Assembly: GCF_001194135.2 (NCBI RefSeq)
Contig: NC_068984.1
Location: 98,035,419 to 98,099,418, forward strand
DNA from: Octopus bimaculoides
Lineage: Eukaryota
Length of the DNA stretch: 64,000 bases
Direction: 5' to 3'
Shown piece by piece: positions 13,314 through 28,129 of this stretch. The notes below the pieces were generated by a model. The model was not told the origin of the DNA and did no database searches. It saw only the letters and a list, made by a program, of their open reading frames with translations. Positions within the stretch are counted from its first letter, which is position 1, and every line of letters starts with the position of its first letter. The position numbers and the translations under genes are program-made.

Positions 13314-14086
13314 CCATCACATTGAAATATACCTTACAAACTATACTGCAGGGAAGAGAAAGCTATAGCAATACAATTTCAATACATGACAGGTACATAT
13401 TTTACTGACTCTAAAGAAATCTGAGCCCAGAATGCCAAGGGATATCAATTAAGTATAACAATTATGTTAAGTACAATGGAAAGCCACAGGGATTTGATTA
13501 AGTGGCATCACTGTACGTATTTTATTAATCGCAGGAGTGCCAACTATGTTATACCATGCCGCAAAATAGAAAGGAACAGCTAAATTTTATTACCTATGAA
13601 TATTAGAGAAAGTATAGTGTGACTGATCACTTCGGTTGAGAAAATAATGAGGTAGAAAAAGGCAGACAACTAGAGAAAGTGGTTATAGATGAATGCATAA
13701 TGTATATAACTGAAGTATATATATTTAGATATGAATAGTTGATAGAATATGTATACAGATGTCAAGAGTTGAAGAAATATGTATAAGCTGAAGTATACAT
13801 ACGTACAGACATGAAAAGTAAAAGAAGTCTATGTAAATATTTCAAAAGAAACTGCTGTCTGTCCCTCTCTCTCCCTCACTCTTCCACCTTTGCTCTTGTT
13901 GCGCGCACAGGACCATCGGCCATATCCATATATATATGTACAAATACATACCTAAACATATACATATATACACAAATGTACATACATTTATATATATATA
14001 CATACATACCGGAGTAAGCACATGAATGGGAACATGAAACTCAGAGTAACAGTCTTTTGTTATGTTTCTGCTGCTTTTAAATAAAG

Positions 14087-14216
<130 letters not shown>

Positions 14217-15088
14217 CACACACAGCTATATATATATAGATAGATAGATAGAAAGATAGATAGATATACATATATATATTGATTCTAAAAGGTTAGCAAA
14301 CTATTGTGAAACTTGACATGGTTGGCCTGCCAATGGCTTGTTTGACCCCACACATGAAAGGCCTTGACTCAAGATCTGTGCCTCTGAACTAATTACTATA
14401 AAATTTACACTGAAACAAAATCACAGCTGTGTTGCAGGCATTGTGAATTAGAGGAAATCATCAATTCTATCCGAACTGGATGACCAATACAAGTTAAAGA
14501 CAGCTTAACAGGAAGCAAGGTTATAATTCATATAATATACATTGATATTATAAAATAATATAATAAGATAACTAATATATAACAATTAGAGGAGTGATAC
14601 AAGCATAAAATATTAATTTCTGATCACTAATTGATTTGAAGTACCTTATGAAAGTTAGAATTTGACCGAAGGGAAGGCAAAAACCAACTCCTCATCCTTA
14701 TCACTCACCCCACTCTCTGATGTACATGGATAAACCTTCTAATAAAAATAATCTAAAAAATTAAAAGAAGTCATATGAAGTAGTCCTAGGACAATATCTT
14801 ATAAAAAGGAAGAAAAGAGAGAAAAAGATAAGCTAAATAAAAAAAAACAAAACAACAAAAAACACAAGATTACACAAGTCTGTAGCAACCACATGTGAAA
14901 AGATATCATAGTGAGGTTGCCTTTGCAGGAATAGGAACCAGATGTATTATGATAAATCACTTAAAATGTGGATGCTGTGTAAAATAGAAAGAAAGAAAGA
15001 TTTTCACTGTCTGGCTTTAGGATAACACACACACACTATCTCTCTCATTCACTCTACCTCAACCATCACTCTCTCTCTTTCTCATTAA

Positions 15089-15301
15089 CCTTTAGCATTC
15101 AGATGACTGTCAAATGCAATGCTTATTTATTCTCAATGATTTGAATTAATCATGCATTGTCTTGGAGCCTTGAGATTTTGATAACGTGACTATTTTTAAA
15201 ATGGCATTGTAAGGGTGTTGTGAGAGGTCAGATCTGGCCTGTTTGAACATAAAATGCAAAGAGTATTTGGGCTGGATAATGCTGGTTTAAATGCTAAAGG
15301 G
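15089..15301. mobile_element. Second copy of the CCCTTTAGCATT MITE family
   Basis: TTAA|CCTTTAGCATTCAGAT...AATGCTAAAGGG|TTGT; internal similarity to 10530-10737. Confidence 0.85.
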
Positions 15302-15706
15302 TTGTTAGAAGACTCAAAATCTTTTTTGGAGTTCTTTCTAATTAATAAATGAATCAGAACGTGTTGGGTTGTTTGGACATCACTGAAAGAAGACTACACT
15401 TCTGTGTTATTGAAGAGAAGACACACTAGAATGGTCACAGTCCTGGTAGGATTTCAACTTTAATTAATAAAATACTTGCAAAAAATTGTGTCTACTTCAA
15501 CTCTGCTTCAATCCAGGGAAAAGAGAACATTATTGTTATCCTTTCAGTGTAACCCAGTGCATGTTCTTTGTCAATGAAACTACATTCTGTTATTTCATTT
15601 GGAAATAGGCATACTTTTCTCCTACTGCTAGAAGACAAAAATGAGCAAATATCTTTAAATTATTGACTTGACAATGTTGCATGATGATGATAATGATGAT
15701 ACTACT

Positions 15707-15980
15707 ACTACTGTTGACTTTACAATCCTGTATGATAGTCAAGAAGATAACAAGGAAGCGGAGAAATTCGAGAACTATTAGACCCAAACTAAAGAGATAT
15801 GAAGAAATTGTAGAACAAAAAGGAGAAAATTGTTCCTGAGGTAACAGGCACACTCGACACAATGCTCAGACTGTTACCTAAAATACTGAAAGATATTGGA
15901 ATTGAGACCGATACTGTTGATCTCCAGTTAAATGCCAACCTGTAATATATAAGAATATTAAGAAAGATACTTGACATCTG
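15707..15980 (+). mobile_element. R4/Dong-like (restriction-like endonuclease) LINE C-terminal fragment
   Basis: Frameshifted translation ..VDFTILYDSQEDNKEAEKFENY..KIVPEVTGTL..LPKILKDIGIET..RILRKILDI*, similar to the PD-(D/E)xK end at 51930-52254. Confidence 0.65.
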
Positions 15981-16729
15981 AAGAGATTTGTCACCAAATC
16001 ACCGAAGAATATTTCTGCTAACTAAATTAGTAAATGACTTTTATATAATAAAATACTAAGGTGACAAGTTCATTATTGAAAATATGACCCAACTATATGC
16101 CATTCTTCACATCCTCAGCACTCACTACCTACCCATGCTGATCAAAGTCATTAACCATATTGTTCTGATCACTGTGTTTTTGTTATCCAAGTATTGTGGA
16201 ACAAATATATGGGCAGAGATATTTTAATTCTGTTCCACCTTTTTGTATTTTTTTTTACTTCATTTGTGTAAACTAAACATAAGAAACCTGTGTATCTTGT
16301 CTCACTTAACAGAGGTAATACTGTTCCAAATATCAGCTAATGCTACCAGTAATTGTTACTCCATTGATACAAGGAATGGTCTTATATCCATAGTAAGACA
16401 TTTATGTGATTTTTTTTTCCTTTCTCGTGCCTTAATAACATGGTCAAAGATGACACAAGAGTCGCCCTTTGACACAAGAGTCGCCCTTTGACACAAGAGT
16501 TGGCCATTGTCACCTTCTCTTTAGTAGTTCACTCATGTTTAGTTTGTCTAGTGTTAAGTTAAAGGTCGGTGTTATCACTCATTAAGGCATGCACATGTGC
16601 ATCGGTCCCTTGCTACTATCAATAAAGATACTTTATTGTTCCATAATGCCAGTTGAAAGTCTTTTTTTTCCTTGTTAGGGGTATTTCTGTTAGTTGCCAA
16701 GCAAATATGTAGATACTATTTATGCATAC

Positions 16730-16776
<47 letters not shown>

Positions 16777-16881
16777 NNNNNNNNNNNNNNNNNNNNNNNN
16801 NNNNNNNNNNNNNNNNNNNNNNNNNNNNNNNNNNNNNNNNNNNNNNNNNNNNNNNNNNNNNNNNNNNNNNNNNNNNNNNNN

Positions 16882-16943
<62 letters not shown>

Positions 16944-18399
16944 CAGTGTCTTACTATGTTTATTTTGGTAAGGAGTAACCTCTGCTAGTTAAGAATAGCC
17001 ATTGCTCACAAAGTAATCCAAACTTTTTTAAAATCCCCTATTAACATTAGTTAAATCCGTAAGTTTTCAAAGCTTGAAAAGGAACACATCTTTGCTTCTC
17101 TGAATAATAATAACAATACTGACTTGAAACAATAAGAAGAGGAAATATAATACTTTAACTAGTGTTTATATTTTCTTGGATATGAATTAAACTTTTATAT
17201 CTTTAACGACATTACTGAAAACAAAAAACCAGTAAGGTGGTTTGTAAACTGTCACCTATTGCAGAGGAAGTGTTTTGCAACTAGACATGTTTCTTTAAAC
17301 CAAACAACTCTATATAAAGTGGGTGAGTTAATTATTTTCTGGTGGAGTAGTAGTGACAGGCATTTTAACATTCTGATTTGAGCACTCTTCAACTGAACTC
17401 TTATTAATCCATTTGTCAGTATATTTCTGTTGAAATACACCACCTTTGTTTCAATGAATTTTGAAAATAAGGAAGTATTTACTAAAACAATTTTGTAATT
17501 ATCATGCTGGTGTTTGGAACATATTTTGACATGAAATGTTGATGTAAGAGTTTAACAGAGATGACTTGAACCCTTCTTTTAAGCTGGTCTTATCTGGTGC
17601 AAATATTTAACCATTTTGTATTCAAACTGACCAGCTCCAGTGTCTCACAACTACCTACAATGTCATTCTAAAATTAAACAATCATATCGCTTAAATCTTG
17701 AAGCTATGGGATAATTGCATGATTAATTTAAACCATGGTGTATAAATAAACCATTTGACTGAGTAATCTGAATGCTAAACATGAAGTTTGTTTCATAAAA
17801 CCAGGAGTATTCTTGGGCAGGCTGGCATCAAAAGAGTTAATAATAGAAAATGTTGATTGTACTGACCAGAAATGTATTTTTATGAAAGCAAAATTTTATG
17901 ATGCTGCTTGGTAGAGATGTATGTCAAGTGAAGACAAACGTCATGAGGGAATTCGAGAGAAATGAGCTTCACTGATATAGGTTTTTAACTTGGGCATAGG
18001 AATAGTTGATTATAACAACCTTGGTCTATATCTGGTACTTATGTATTAAGCCCTAAGATGTAAGGAAGAGTCAATGTTGATGTGACTCAAAAAAAGAAAA
18101 AAGGAGCTGTCACAAAATTACTACATGGTGTTTTATCCAACATGACTGATTTTGCAGTCATATGAATATGAACAGATGACAGATGAGAGTGCTGACCAGA
18201 TAGTGGAAAGGGGAACAAATAGAAAGAGGAGATACAGACTTGGAACTAGGAACTTTGACAAAATGTAAGAAAATTAGACATTAAAAAGAAATCAGCACTA
18301 TTATATATCAATTTACTCCATACAAATGTACAATAACAATCATCAAAACTCCAGAGATACTACAAAGTCCAAAATTTGAAGAAAGGTGTCATCATTTGC

Positions 18400-19100
18400 C
18401 ATTAAAGAGAGGATGATGATTTTATGCATAGCAGTACTCCATAGTGGGCTTCTCTTGAACCTTGTAGAAGCTCAAGTGAAGCTCACAATGGAGTATTATT
18501 CCTACGAGTACATATGGGATGGTGCTGATACTATACAGAAATTCTGGATTGCATCTAGAAAAGGGTCACAATTGATTGGCATTCAATTATTCATCATAAC
18601 ACTCCAGTCTCTGGCCCACAAGTGTACTGGCTCCGCTATCTTTTTCTGTTGCTACTATAATGGCTTTTGTTTCTTGAAGCTGTTTGGTTTCATACCTCAC
18701 CAACTCTCTTCATTCCTTGTCATTCTTGTAGTATCAACCTCTATGCCAAGTCCTTCATCCCAGAATACTGGCTCTCTAGAATCTTATTCCAGTTCAATAC
18801 TTAGCTGCAGGTGTTGACAAGCAACAATTTAAGTGGAACATTAATAGCGTCAAGCTTACATGTCTTGAAGGGCCTGCAAAGGTCATGGGACTACTCCTTT
18901 TGCCAAACTCAGCAAATATAAAAAGTATATCCCTAATGCCTTTAGTACTTACAAGACAAAATGCTATACACCTGTCCAACAGAACATGCATATGAACATC
19001 ATCAAAGAAACAGAATTCTTCACTGACTGGGAGTATGTGAAGGGAAGTGGAAAGAGACTGGGATTTCTATGACCCAACATTATACTTGTAGTAAAATTAT
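18400..19100 (-). mobile_element. Possible heavily decayed REL-clade LINE remnant
   Basis: Only weak motifs, in the expected order: FFDD (about 19000), GLGI (about 18750), LQETKAIIVA (about 18670). Confidence 0.3.
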
Positions 19101-21468
19101 TGAAGTGATGGTGAAATTTTAAGGATTTAGATTCATTTATTTCAGTAGATATCATAAGTATGCAAGAAGGTAATAAATGAATAATATGCATATGGTCCAA
19201 CTAGACTTAACCAGGACTTCTGAAGCAGTTCATATTAGATATCTGGGGGTAAATATGAGCTAAGGGATCTGTAGGGGGTGAATTTAATCGCCTATCTTAT
19301 TTGGCAGGCTAATACAGCAAATTTAAGGAAAAGTAAAAGAGATTATAAGGAAAGTGTGTTACAATTATTGAGGCTATTCAGGATTTCCTTAAACTTGCTT
19401 TACACAAAATTAAATTTGGGCAAATGCAACTTTCAGTATTTTATAGTAGAGCAATCAAAAGTGCTTTGGATAATAGTTTGCCTGTGTATAAAAACCACAT
19501 TAAGAATTTCTTTTGATCCAAATATCTTCTAAACATGGAAATTCTTATATGGATTATTTCTCCATTTGAAGTTGAAGTGAAAAATTAGACACCTTTTTCA
19601 AAGAAGAATTTATTGAAAAGACTTTCTACCTCGAAAACTCTATGCTTACATGTAAAGGAAAAGGATATTACTTGTCGAGCAAAAAAGCTGTAGCAAAATA
19701 TCACTAGCCTTGTGCAACTATTGAACCTACTTTACTTGCTTTTCTAAGTTCATATATGATGAAATCTGTGTTTAGTCATATGCTTTATTTACTAAGCAAA
19801 CAGGGAAGTATTCTGAACATAGAAATGGAGATGTGCAGCTCAGACTCACAAACCTGCAACCCAATATTTGTGATCTCTGCCCAGCAACCTATCCTACCCA
19901 TTTAAAAATAACTCAAGCATGAAAGGTGTGCTAGTATTTATAATTTACTGATTCTTTTATGTAAATTGAACTAAACACTGATTAGTTGTTTCGTAATTTA
20001 TATTTGATTAATTTTTGCGGGGTGGATGAAAATTAAATTTTGCTACAAAAGGTGCATTAAGTAAAAAGTTTGAAGAGCTCTGGACAAAACAATTTAATAC
20101 TGCAATAGACTAAGTAAATACATTTCATTCCAAGAGTATAAATTGTAATAGAGTGTACCATCCTAAATTCATTGGCTCAAGACTTGTTTTCTGGGAACCC
20201 CATCATGGTAATGCAACAACTTATCCTTGAAGGATAACATGTGAATGAGCAGAGGAAGAAGACTGGGTTTGTCACTACTGCTTAGCTGTACTCTAGCATC
20301 CTAGGCCAAGATATATCATCTCAAAACACTAAGTTTCTTCATTTGTCTTGACTTGAATAATAAAAACTGGCAAAAGGATCCATTCTCTTTCTATATGAAT
20401 GAAAGACAGGCTGGGTAATGTACATAAGTAATGTAGTTGTGAAAGTAAAGAATCTTCATAAAATTAAATAATAAAAGTCGTTGGATTAACATTGTGATAT
20501 TGCAGCACTGACTGAATGCAAAGTGGAAATCTAATGTTACAGACAGAGCCCTTAATTCAGTAATGTCTTTTTTCTGATGACAGGTTCTGCTTGAAGCATC
20601 ACATCTCTCCTCCTCTAAACTGTAAACTAAGCTATTCTCGTATTTTGTGAACTCTGTACTTAATATTTGCCAAATGCAGATCATTAATTTCCATGGAATT
20701 TATTGCATCAAGTACTCTAATGAAACAAAAAGCAGTGGACAAAGTATCACAAGCTGCAAGTACAGCATGGTTCAAGTAGAGATGGATCAAAAATGATTTG
20801 GGAAAGTTAGGTTCAGCAGGTGAGCCATAACATACTAGAAACATTTAATAATCTACAAATTTTCCTACTTCATGCTTGCATGGAAAGAAAGATATTTTAT
20901 AAAGTGAAGATGGTAATGGTAGTGATGATTTCAAATATTTCAATCTAAAATTCTGCATACATTATATATTTCTTTGAAAGAAATACAATTATCTATAAAA
21001 TAAGTATGAAACTCAAATATTTGTAATTGTTAAAAATGAGAGACTAACACAATAGTTTCAGAAAAAATATCTAATTTATTTTTCTCAAAATTTAGAATAT
21101 TACGGCCAACACCCAATAATCTAAGTTATGAAAATATTAGGTTTATTATCTCTGATAAGAAAAGAAGTTACATACAATCTTGCAGACTATCAAAACAATT
21201 TCAGTTATTTGACTGGAGAAAACAGGAAGACAATATGACTAAATCCATCACATGCATACATGTGAATGGAGAGATTTCAAATTTAAATATAGAATTTGTG
21301 TATTTTAAACATTAGAAGGCCTATGATCAAACACATTCCAGCTGACCATCCTTGCCCACCAACCCCTAAGTCATACATAAGGATAAATTATCTATTGAAT
21401 GCTTTCTTTAGGGAGTAACTTGAAAGATTTTGGTTGCTATTTCCAGTGGATTGAAAGATCATACAGAA

Positions 21469-21687
21469 CAGTGGTTCTCAATCAATTCCTTCTAACGGAC
21501 AACTTTAATTTCTGTTTTCTTCAGGTGGACCCTCATACCCATTCAATGATTAAAAAATTCTACTATCTTTTTACGATTACATATTTGGAATTGTATGAAA
21601 AAAATTAAAATATTTTGTGTACTGTAGAAGAATAAGGAATTTATTGCTTATCAAAATCTTATATGAACCCTGGTTGAGAAACCACTG
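21469..21687. mobile_element. hAT/Charlie-like MITE
   Basis: TIR CAGTGGTTCTCAA versus rc CAGTGGTTTCTCAA; 8-bp flanks ATACAGAA / ATATAGAA (7/8). Confidence 0.85.
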
Positions 21688-22908
21688 ATATAGAAGATTC
21701 CTAGTCACTTTGAGAAGGATCTAATCCCAAGAAATTGGGGATAGGGATAATTGCATGAGAGTAATATTGGCTTTATACTTTCTAAAGTTAATGACTGGGT
21801 TGAAAATAGAGAGAAGGATGTAGACTGAGTAATGAACTGGATATAAGGTGTTTAGTAAAAGTGCTCTGAACACGAGACACAATAGAAAGGACTGACACCT
21901 AACCCCACATTAAGAGATTCATAGGGGCAGTGACCAATGTAACAGAGATAGAGGAATCAAAAAGTCATCCTGTAGGAGCAGCAGAATGAGTGATTGGAGG
22001 AGGATGTAGAAATGGTTGCTATTAATGAAATACTGGATATATGATAGGAGCTAGCTAGGATGTTAGCAGCAGACAAGATGTTGGATATAAAAAAGGAAGA
22101 GGAATAGGGAGTGGTATCAGTAGCAGAGAAGTGGGTGGATAAAAAAAAAATCAAAAAACTGTTCCAAAATTCATTTGTATGTCATGTTATATTGCGTTAT
22201 AGAAATGAATGAAGAAAGACATAAATAATATACAACACACATACATGCCTATATAAAATAGAACATGTGTGTGTACCTATATATATACTTATATGAGTGC
22301 ATATGTGTGTTTACATGTACAAATAATGATAGGTGGCAGTTTTAAGGAAGTGGAGAAGCTCTTATCTTTACTGTATTGAAACAAGGCTACATCAATGGTG
22401 TTAAAAGAATAAATTGTCCCCTACACACCCTGTTTGTCACCACCATCTTGATAAAAAGAAAAAAAATTAAAGCACACACACACACAAATTAAAAAGAAGC
22501 CTTTTAGATTTGATTTTGAACATTACACTTGATTACTTAGGCATCATTTTAAATAATTTTTGCCCTTTTTCAGGGATATATAATTATCTTGAAACTAGCT
22601 CTTACACTGGAAAGGGTATAAACAGGAAATGAAGATTTGGGTGTGAAATTGGAGATATTTCAGAAATTACTACAACTTGGTCTTCACTTGAGTATCTCAA
22701 TTTCCTACATATAGAATATTCCAATTTAGAAATCTTGGCAACAGGGGTTTTAAAAACTGATCCCTGGCACTTGCATCAATTCATAAACATTAGTGAGGCT
22801 AGAAACTGTTGACGGAGGTGGGTAGGGTACATTAGTTTTGTTAGAATTCATTACAGGAAAGAGATTATGAAAAAGTATACATTTAAGATGTAAAAATAGA
22901 GGTAGGGA

Positions 22909-23212
22909 ATGGAATGGAAAGAGAGAGAGAAAGGGAAAGAGAGAGAGAAAGAGAACGGAGAGAGAAAGAGGAGAGAGAGAAAGAGAAAGGAGAGAGAAAG
23001 AGAAGGGGGGAGAGAGAGAAGGAGGGAGAGAGAGAGAAGGAGGGAGAGAGAGAGAGGAGGGAGAGAGAAGGAGGGAGAGAGAGAGAGGAGGGAGAGAGAG
23101 AGAAGGAGGGAGAGAGAGAGAGGAGGGAGAGAGAAGGAGGGAGAGAGAGAGAAGGAGGGAGAGAGAGAGAGAAGGAGGGAGAGAGAGAGAGAAGGAGGGA
23201 GAGAGAGAGAGA
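22909..23212 (+). repeat. About 300-nt polypurine composite repeat of GGAGGG(AG)n units
   Basis: Almost pure A/G tract with recurring GAAGGAGGGAGAGAGAGA units. Confidence 0.95.
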
Positions 23213-25694
23213 AATCATCAATATTTTGTCCTTTGTTATCTCCTTTGTGAAATTTAAGATATATCAAAATATTGATTTCTAACATTGGCCAATGGCCACA
23301 CATGTTAGTGGGGAATATTAGTTTATCAAATTATCAACCCATTTAACATCTTATCAATCCCAGAAGACTGTAAGACCAAGTCAACTTCAGCCGGATTTAC
23401 ACTCAGAATGTGTAAAGGAGTGTCGCTACATACCAAAATGAATTAAATTGGGCGCTCTCCCATTATTGCCATTTACCACTCTGTTTAGTTAAAACATTAT
23501 CAGAAATATCTCTAAAAATATAGAATTCTATGTTAACTGCATTCTTGCTTGGAAAACGATCTAAATATTTTTCATTTTTATAAACCTTTTGATACTAGTT
23601 CAGTCCTATAATACAAAACAGCATGCTTTAAAAGTGTTCATATTTAACTTAAAATTCCTTCATTATAAGCTATGTAAGAAGTTATTATTAAATGATATTA
23701 CAAAAACCAATGATGAATCAACAAGAGAGCATCTTCATGGTCACCTGACTTGCTAGAAATAGGAACCAAATGTCCATCAAATTACACCATAACATCCTGA
23801 AAAGGAGGGACATATTAGATAATGTACCCTTAGAAATGCAATGATTGAGATAAGAACAATAAGGCCAGAGCAAAGCTTATTTAGGGCTGACAAAATGTTG
23901 ACCAATTGAAAAAGCTATTTTACTAAATTTCTCCAAATTCTTAATTATTTTTTAGAACTAACTGAAACACTTACAGCGTTTTTCAACACTTACCTTAAAA
24001 ATAATACACACAATCTGAATGAGATGCCTGTTTGTCACACGGTTAACTCCTAGGTGCTGCCAGTTTTCGTTTTTAGTAGGATGGACTGGAGTAACATAAA
24101 ATGAATTGACCTGCTCAAGGATGCAACAGGCTACCTAGTCCAAGAATCAAATTGATGACCTAAACAATTGTGCGCTTCACCAATAAACCACACAACTTCA
24201 CATAATTAGGAAAGGGTTAAATATCTAGTTTATGTCCACTTACTTTTGATTCTCACTTAATTCTATAGAAAACTGTCACTTTTTTTTCTTTTTCTACCAC
24301 TTGAAAGTATACAACAGAGTTTACACTTGACTGAATTGCTAGCTGTGCAGGAATACAGTGAGAGAAGTCTAAGTCTATTTGAACAACACCAGATCAATAT
24401 CAGATGATTGAACAAAATCTGGTTTCACCAGAAAGCTGCAGTCATAATTAGTGAGGTGGAACAAAAGCACTTTTACAAAACAATTGATGTCAATGCCTGA
24501 ATTTTAACTTCGAAAATTTTGGACTCTAGGTAATTATAGCAATGTCTAGGCATTGTTCACCCAAATTAGCTGGACTAAAATCAATTATTATTATTATTTA
24601 GTGATTTTATTTTTCATTACATGCTTTCACTACACAACCAAGCACAGCTCTGTAGTCCTTGGGAGTGTGCAGTGTTTTGTTTCAGTTTTTATCATGTTAT
24701 TTTGTATTGACACTCTCTATACAATAATCTATGTGCAGAAGCTGGTAATGTTCTTTTTTCGATGATTATATTTGTAAGTTTTGTGGTTTGGTCATGTGTT
24801 TGTATGTTTTTTAATCATTCCCATGGCACCTACTATCATAGGGATTGATCTGCCTTCAGTCGCTACATTTAGGTTACTTTATTTCCAGTCTATAATATCA
24901 GGATAATTTCTCCATTTTACTGAGAGATATATTAAGTCTGCTGAGACTGATATGTCATTTATGAAGCACTTTCTTTTCTAATAGTTGGTTAGCATTGATC
25001 TCCCTAACAGTGTGGATCAGAATGATCATTCTCAGCAACCCTTTTGCATGTGTTTATACCATCTCCTTAATCTATTTCATAATGACTCTAGATATATTCT
25101 CTTTTAACTGAAACTGAGCAACCAGACACAATGTGCATAATTCTGCAGATACTTAATATATTCCTCTTTATTACATGTTATTGGTGATTTCTGGTGAGAA
25201 GGCTTTGATTCTGTGCCACAGTCAAGACTTCTTTAGTCTCAACTTTCAGTTCTGTATTTCTCAGCCTGTGATTTTTCTTTGTCTTAATTGCACTTTATTC
25301 AGTTTATTCAAGGTATTGATTATGTAGGGGCTTTTCTTGCATTTGTTTTAGAATGGCATTCTGTAGTCCTACTTTTAGCCTAGTTTAGTACAATAGCGAT
25401 TCGTCGTCGTCATCGTCCTCATCGTCATCATCATCATCATTATTATTTTGTTTGCCATTCTGTAAAGTCATGGAAATTTGAAATAGTGTTTGTAATCTTT
25501 TTGGCCTTAAGGCCCTGTGCTTTCATTTTATTGGTACCCTTGCCTTTCTGAGACTGTCTGGACTGCACCGATAGTATTTTTGTTTAGAACACCCCCCCCA
25601 CCACTCAATTTTGCAGGGGGTGTGCATTAATATTTTTTTAATCTTAACAACTTGCGGAAAAGCTAAGCTTGCTATTTTCGTTATTCATTTAAAG

Positions 25695-28120
25695 ATGGCG
25701 GATAAAGACGCCATCATAATGCTCAACAATGGGACACATTCCTTGTCAGAAAAGAATGAGAACACAGACATAGCATGGCCAAATACTGTATAGGAGTTAA
25801 ATCATGTCCGGTAGAAAATGCTCCTGAGAGCAAAATACAAAAATGCCTTGGGCACGTGTGGGAACAGACAACCCACATCACCCAAGGAAAGAAGACTCCT
25901 ACACCTACACCCACTCCCAAACCAAGACAAAGAAGGAGTCTACCCCCAGTTGCCATGGAAAAGCAAGCTTCTCCTGAACACTCTACCTCCCAAACCAACA
26001 TCAACTGCAGTTTGGGTCAGAAGAAGAAGAAGCCAGGTGGCATTCCATGACCACTTTGAGGAATGAAAACTTCTTAATCCCCAGCTAATGCAGCCAATGC
26101 CTTGCTAAGGTTAGGGTGTTGCATATGCTGCCAGAAATATCCACCACCTGGTTAGTGGTGGCCATCTTGGCAGGTTTAGAAGAAGACGAAGTGACAATAT
26201 TGGAGATGAAGAAAATACTTAAGCAAAACTGGTCAGGTATAGGTATGGAATTGACCTTACAATGTAAGCAAGACCATATCAACCAGCTGCCTAATTTAAT
26301 CGATCTCCTGGATGGTACTCACCTGTCAGTGTCAGTGGAGGGTAGAATGTCAAAGAGGCCACATATGTGGATCTGTGACTCACTTAATGGCTTTCTGCCC
26401 TAAAACAAGAAAAACTAAACTCCCACTACTGCCAACACTACAAACACCACAAATGCAAAATCATTAAGAAGGACTCAAGACTCCTACACCCACTCTCAAA
26501 CTAAGACAAAGAAGGAGTCTACCCCCAGTTGCCACGGAAAAGCAAGCTTCTCCTGACCGTTCTACCTCCCAAACTAACATCAACTGCAATAACATGAAGA
26601 AAGAAGAGCTGAATGAACAATAGATCACAGTGACAAAAGTGGGTAGGAGAAAGAGGAGGAGAGTGCATAGCTCTACTCCAAGAACTCAACAAAAATATAT
26701 ACATAAACAACTGCAACACAATTCACAACCACTCCAACAAAAACTTCAAAAACAGCATGAAATCACAGAAACTCAGAAACAACCAATTACAGTACTTCAA
26801 TAATAAGAATATTCATGAGACTGTAGATGAAATGTATCCATCAATTTCACTGTTGTGAACAAGTGCAACTTTGAATTGATGGATTTTTTAAAGTCAAAAC
26901 AAAAACCAAATACAATTTGAAGATTTCATCCTCAAAACCTCAAGGGACAGACTATTAATTAAAATGTCATCAGATGTTTATAAAACAATAAGAGAAAAAT
27001 TCCAATGTAGTGTGGGGATTTTTAAAAAATCAGTTGATAAAAGGCTGTTGGAAGGGCTTTTAAAAAAATTTTCACCAGTAGAGAAGTCTGAAACTTCTGG
27101 GCTTCTCAAAAATCAAGGTGAGTGAGCTACTCATTTTCTATCTCCAACAAGCATGACTGTGCTGAGAATGGGGTGTGTGAATGTGCATGGCCTGGGATCA
27201 GTTTGGAAGCAACGTCACTTGCTCAATGATCTCAGGTCACATAATTTAGATGTGACTGCCTTTAGCGAAACAATGATCTCCGGAAACTATGCTCTATCAT
27301 CCATTTTCAAGGACTACAAAGTATCCACATCTTGTGGAATTGCGACTTGGCACCTGGAGAGGCAGATCGATGCCATTGGACCACAGTATTGGAAGCTGGA
27401 CTGATGGACCAGTTAAACTGCTCGGGGTATGGTTTGGTCCCGACCTCCAGGATGAGGCTATGAACAGGGTTGCCTGTCTTACCTAGAAATGGGCAGAGAT
27501 GTTCTCCCTGAACAGTTGTGCTGAGGTGGTGAATGCCAACATTGCTTGTCATTATTTATCATCCGATCGTTGTGCCTTGCCCCAGCTACTGTTTGATTAG
27601 GTTGGAACATATCCCGATTATTTTCTTGTGGAAGGGACATGTTCTAATGGTCAGGTAGTCATTCTGCTGCCAACTCTCTCTGCATGGTAGCTTAGACATG
27701 CCATGACTTTTGATACGCTGACATGCACTCAGGTTGCGCCACCTGCAACAATTTCTAGAAGGTGAACGTGCACGGGCTCCATTTGTGAGACACACCTTTC
27801 CACAACTCATCTCTTTGAATGAGTAAAGGATAGACCGAGACTGGGTGCTGGGAACCTAGAATTTCATCAAGCACTCACTGTATTTTACAAGTTGGACAAT
27901 AGGATCGGTGGATGTTCCACTTTAGCTATATGCAGAGGATTAGTAGTGGGGGAAGTGTGACGACATCCTCGGGGAAACCCTATGCATCAACGAAGACAAA
28001 CTGGTAAGTCTATTTCGGAGGACTTTCCGGTTGGGGACTACTACAAATAATTTCCAAATGTCTTTGGCCTGGCAGTGCTACAGGCTCGAGATAAACTCTA
28101 CAGGTTCATTTCCCCTGCAT
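25695..28120 (+). mobile_element. Internally deleted L1/Tx1-clade LINE (ORF1 with zinc knuckle, APE start, RT C-terminal part)
   Basis: ORF1-like start MADKDA at 25695. Knuckle xHICGSVTHLMAFC at about 26356-26397. ORF2 start MTVLRMGCVNVHGL..LLNDLRSHNLDVTAFSET at 27153, then a jump at about 27340 to DGPVKLLGVWFGPDLQ and downstream RT/thumb motifs. Confidence 0.85.
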
Positions 28121-28129
28121 GTCCACTCA

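Noticed and set aside
18386-18817. 143-aa plus-strand ORF with a hydrophobic, signal-peptide-like start
   Set aside because: Starts at GTG, has no recognisable domain or splice context, and the opposite strand looks like a decayed LINE.
25691-25702. AAGATGGCGG YY1-like motif
   Set aside because: More simply the start codon context of the Tx1 ORF1 (MADKDA).
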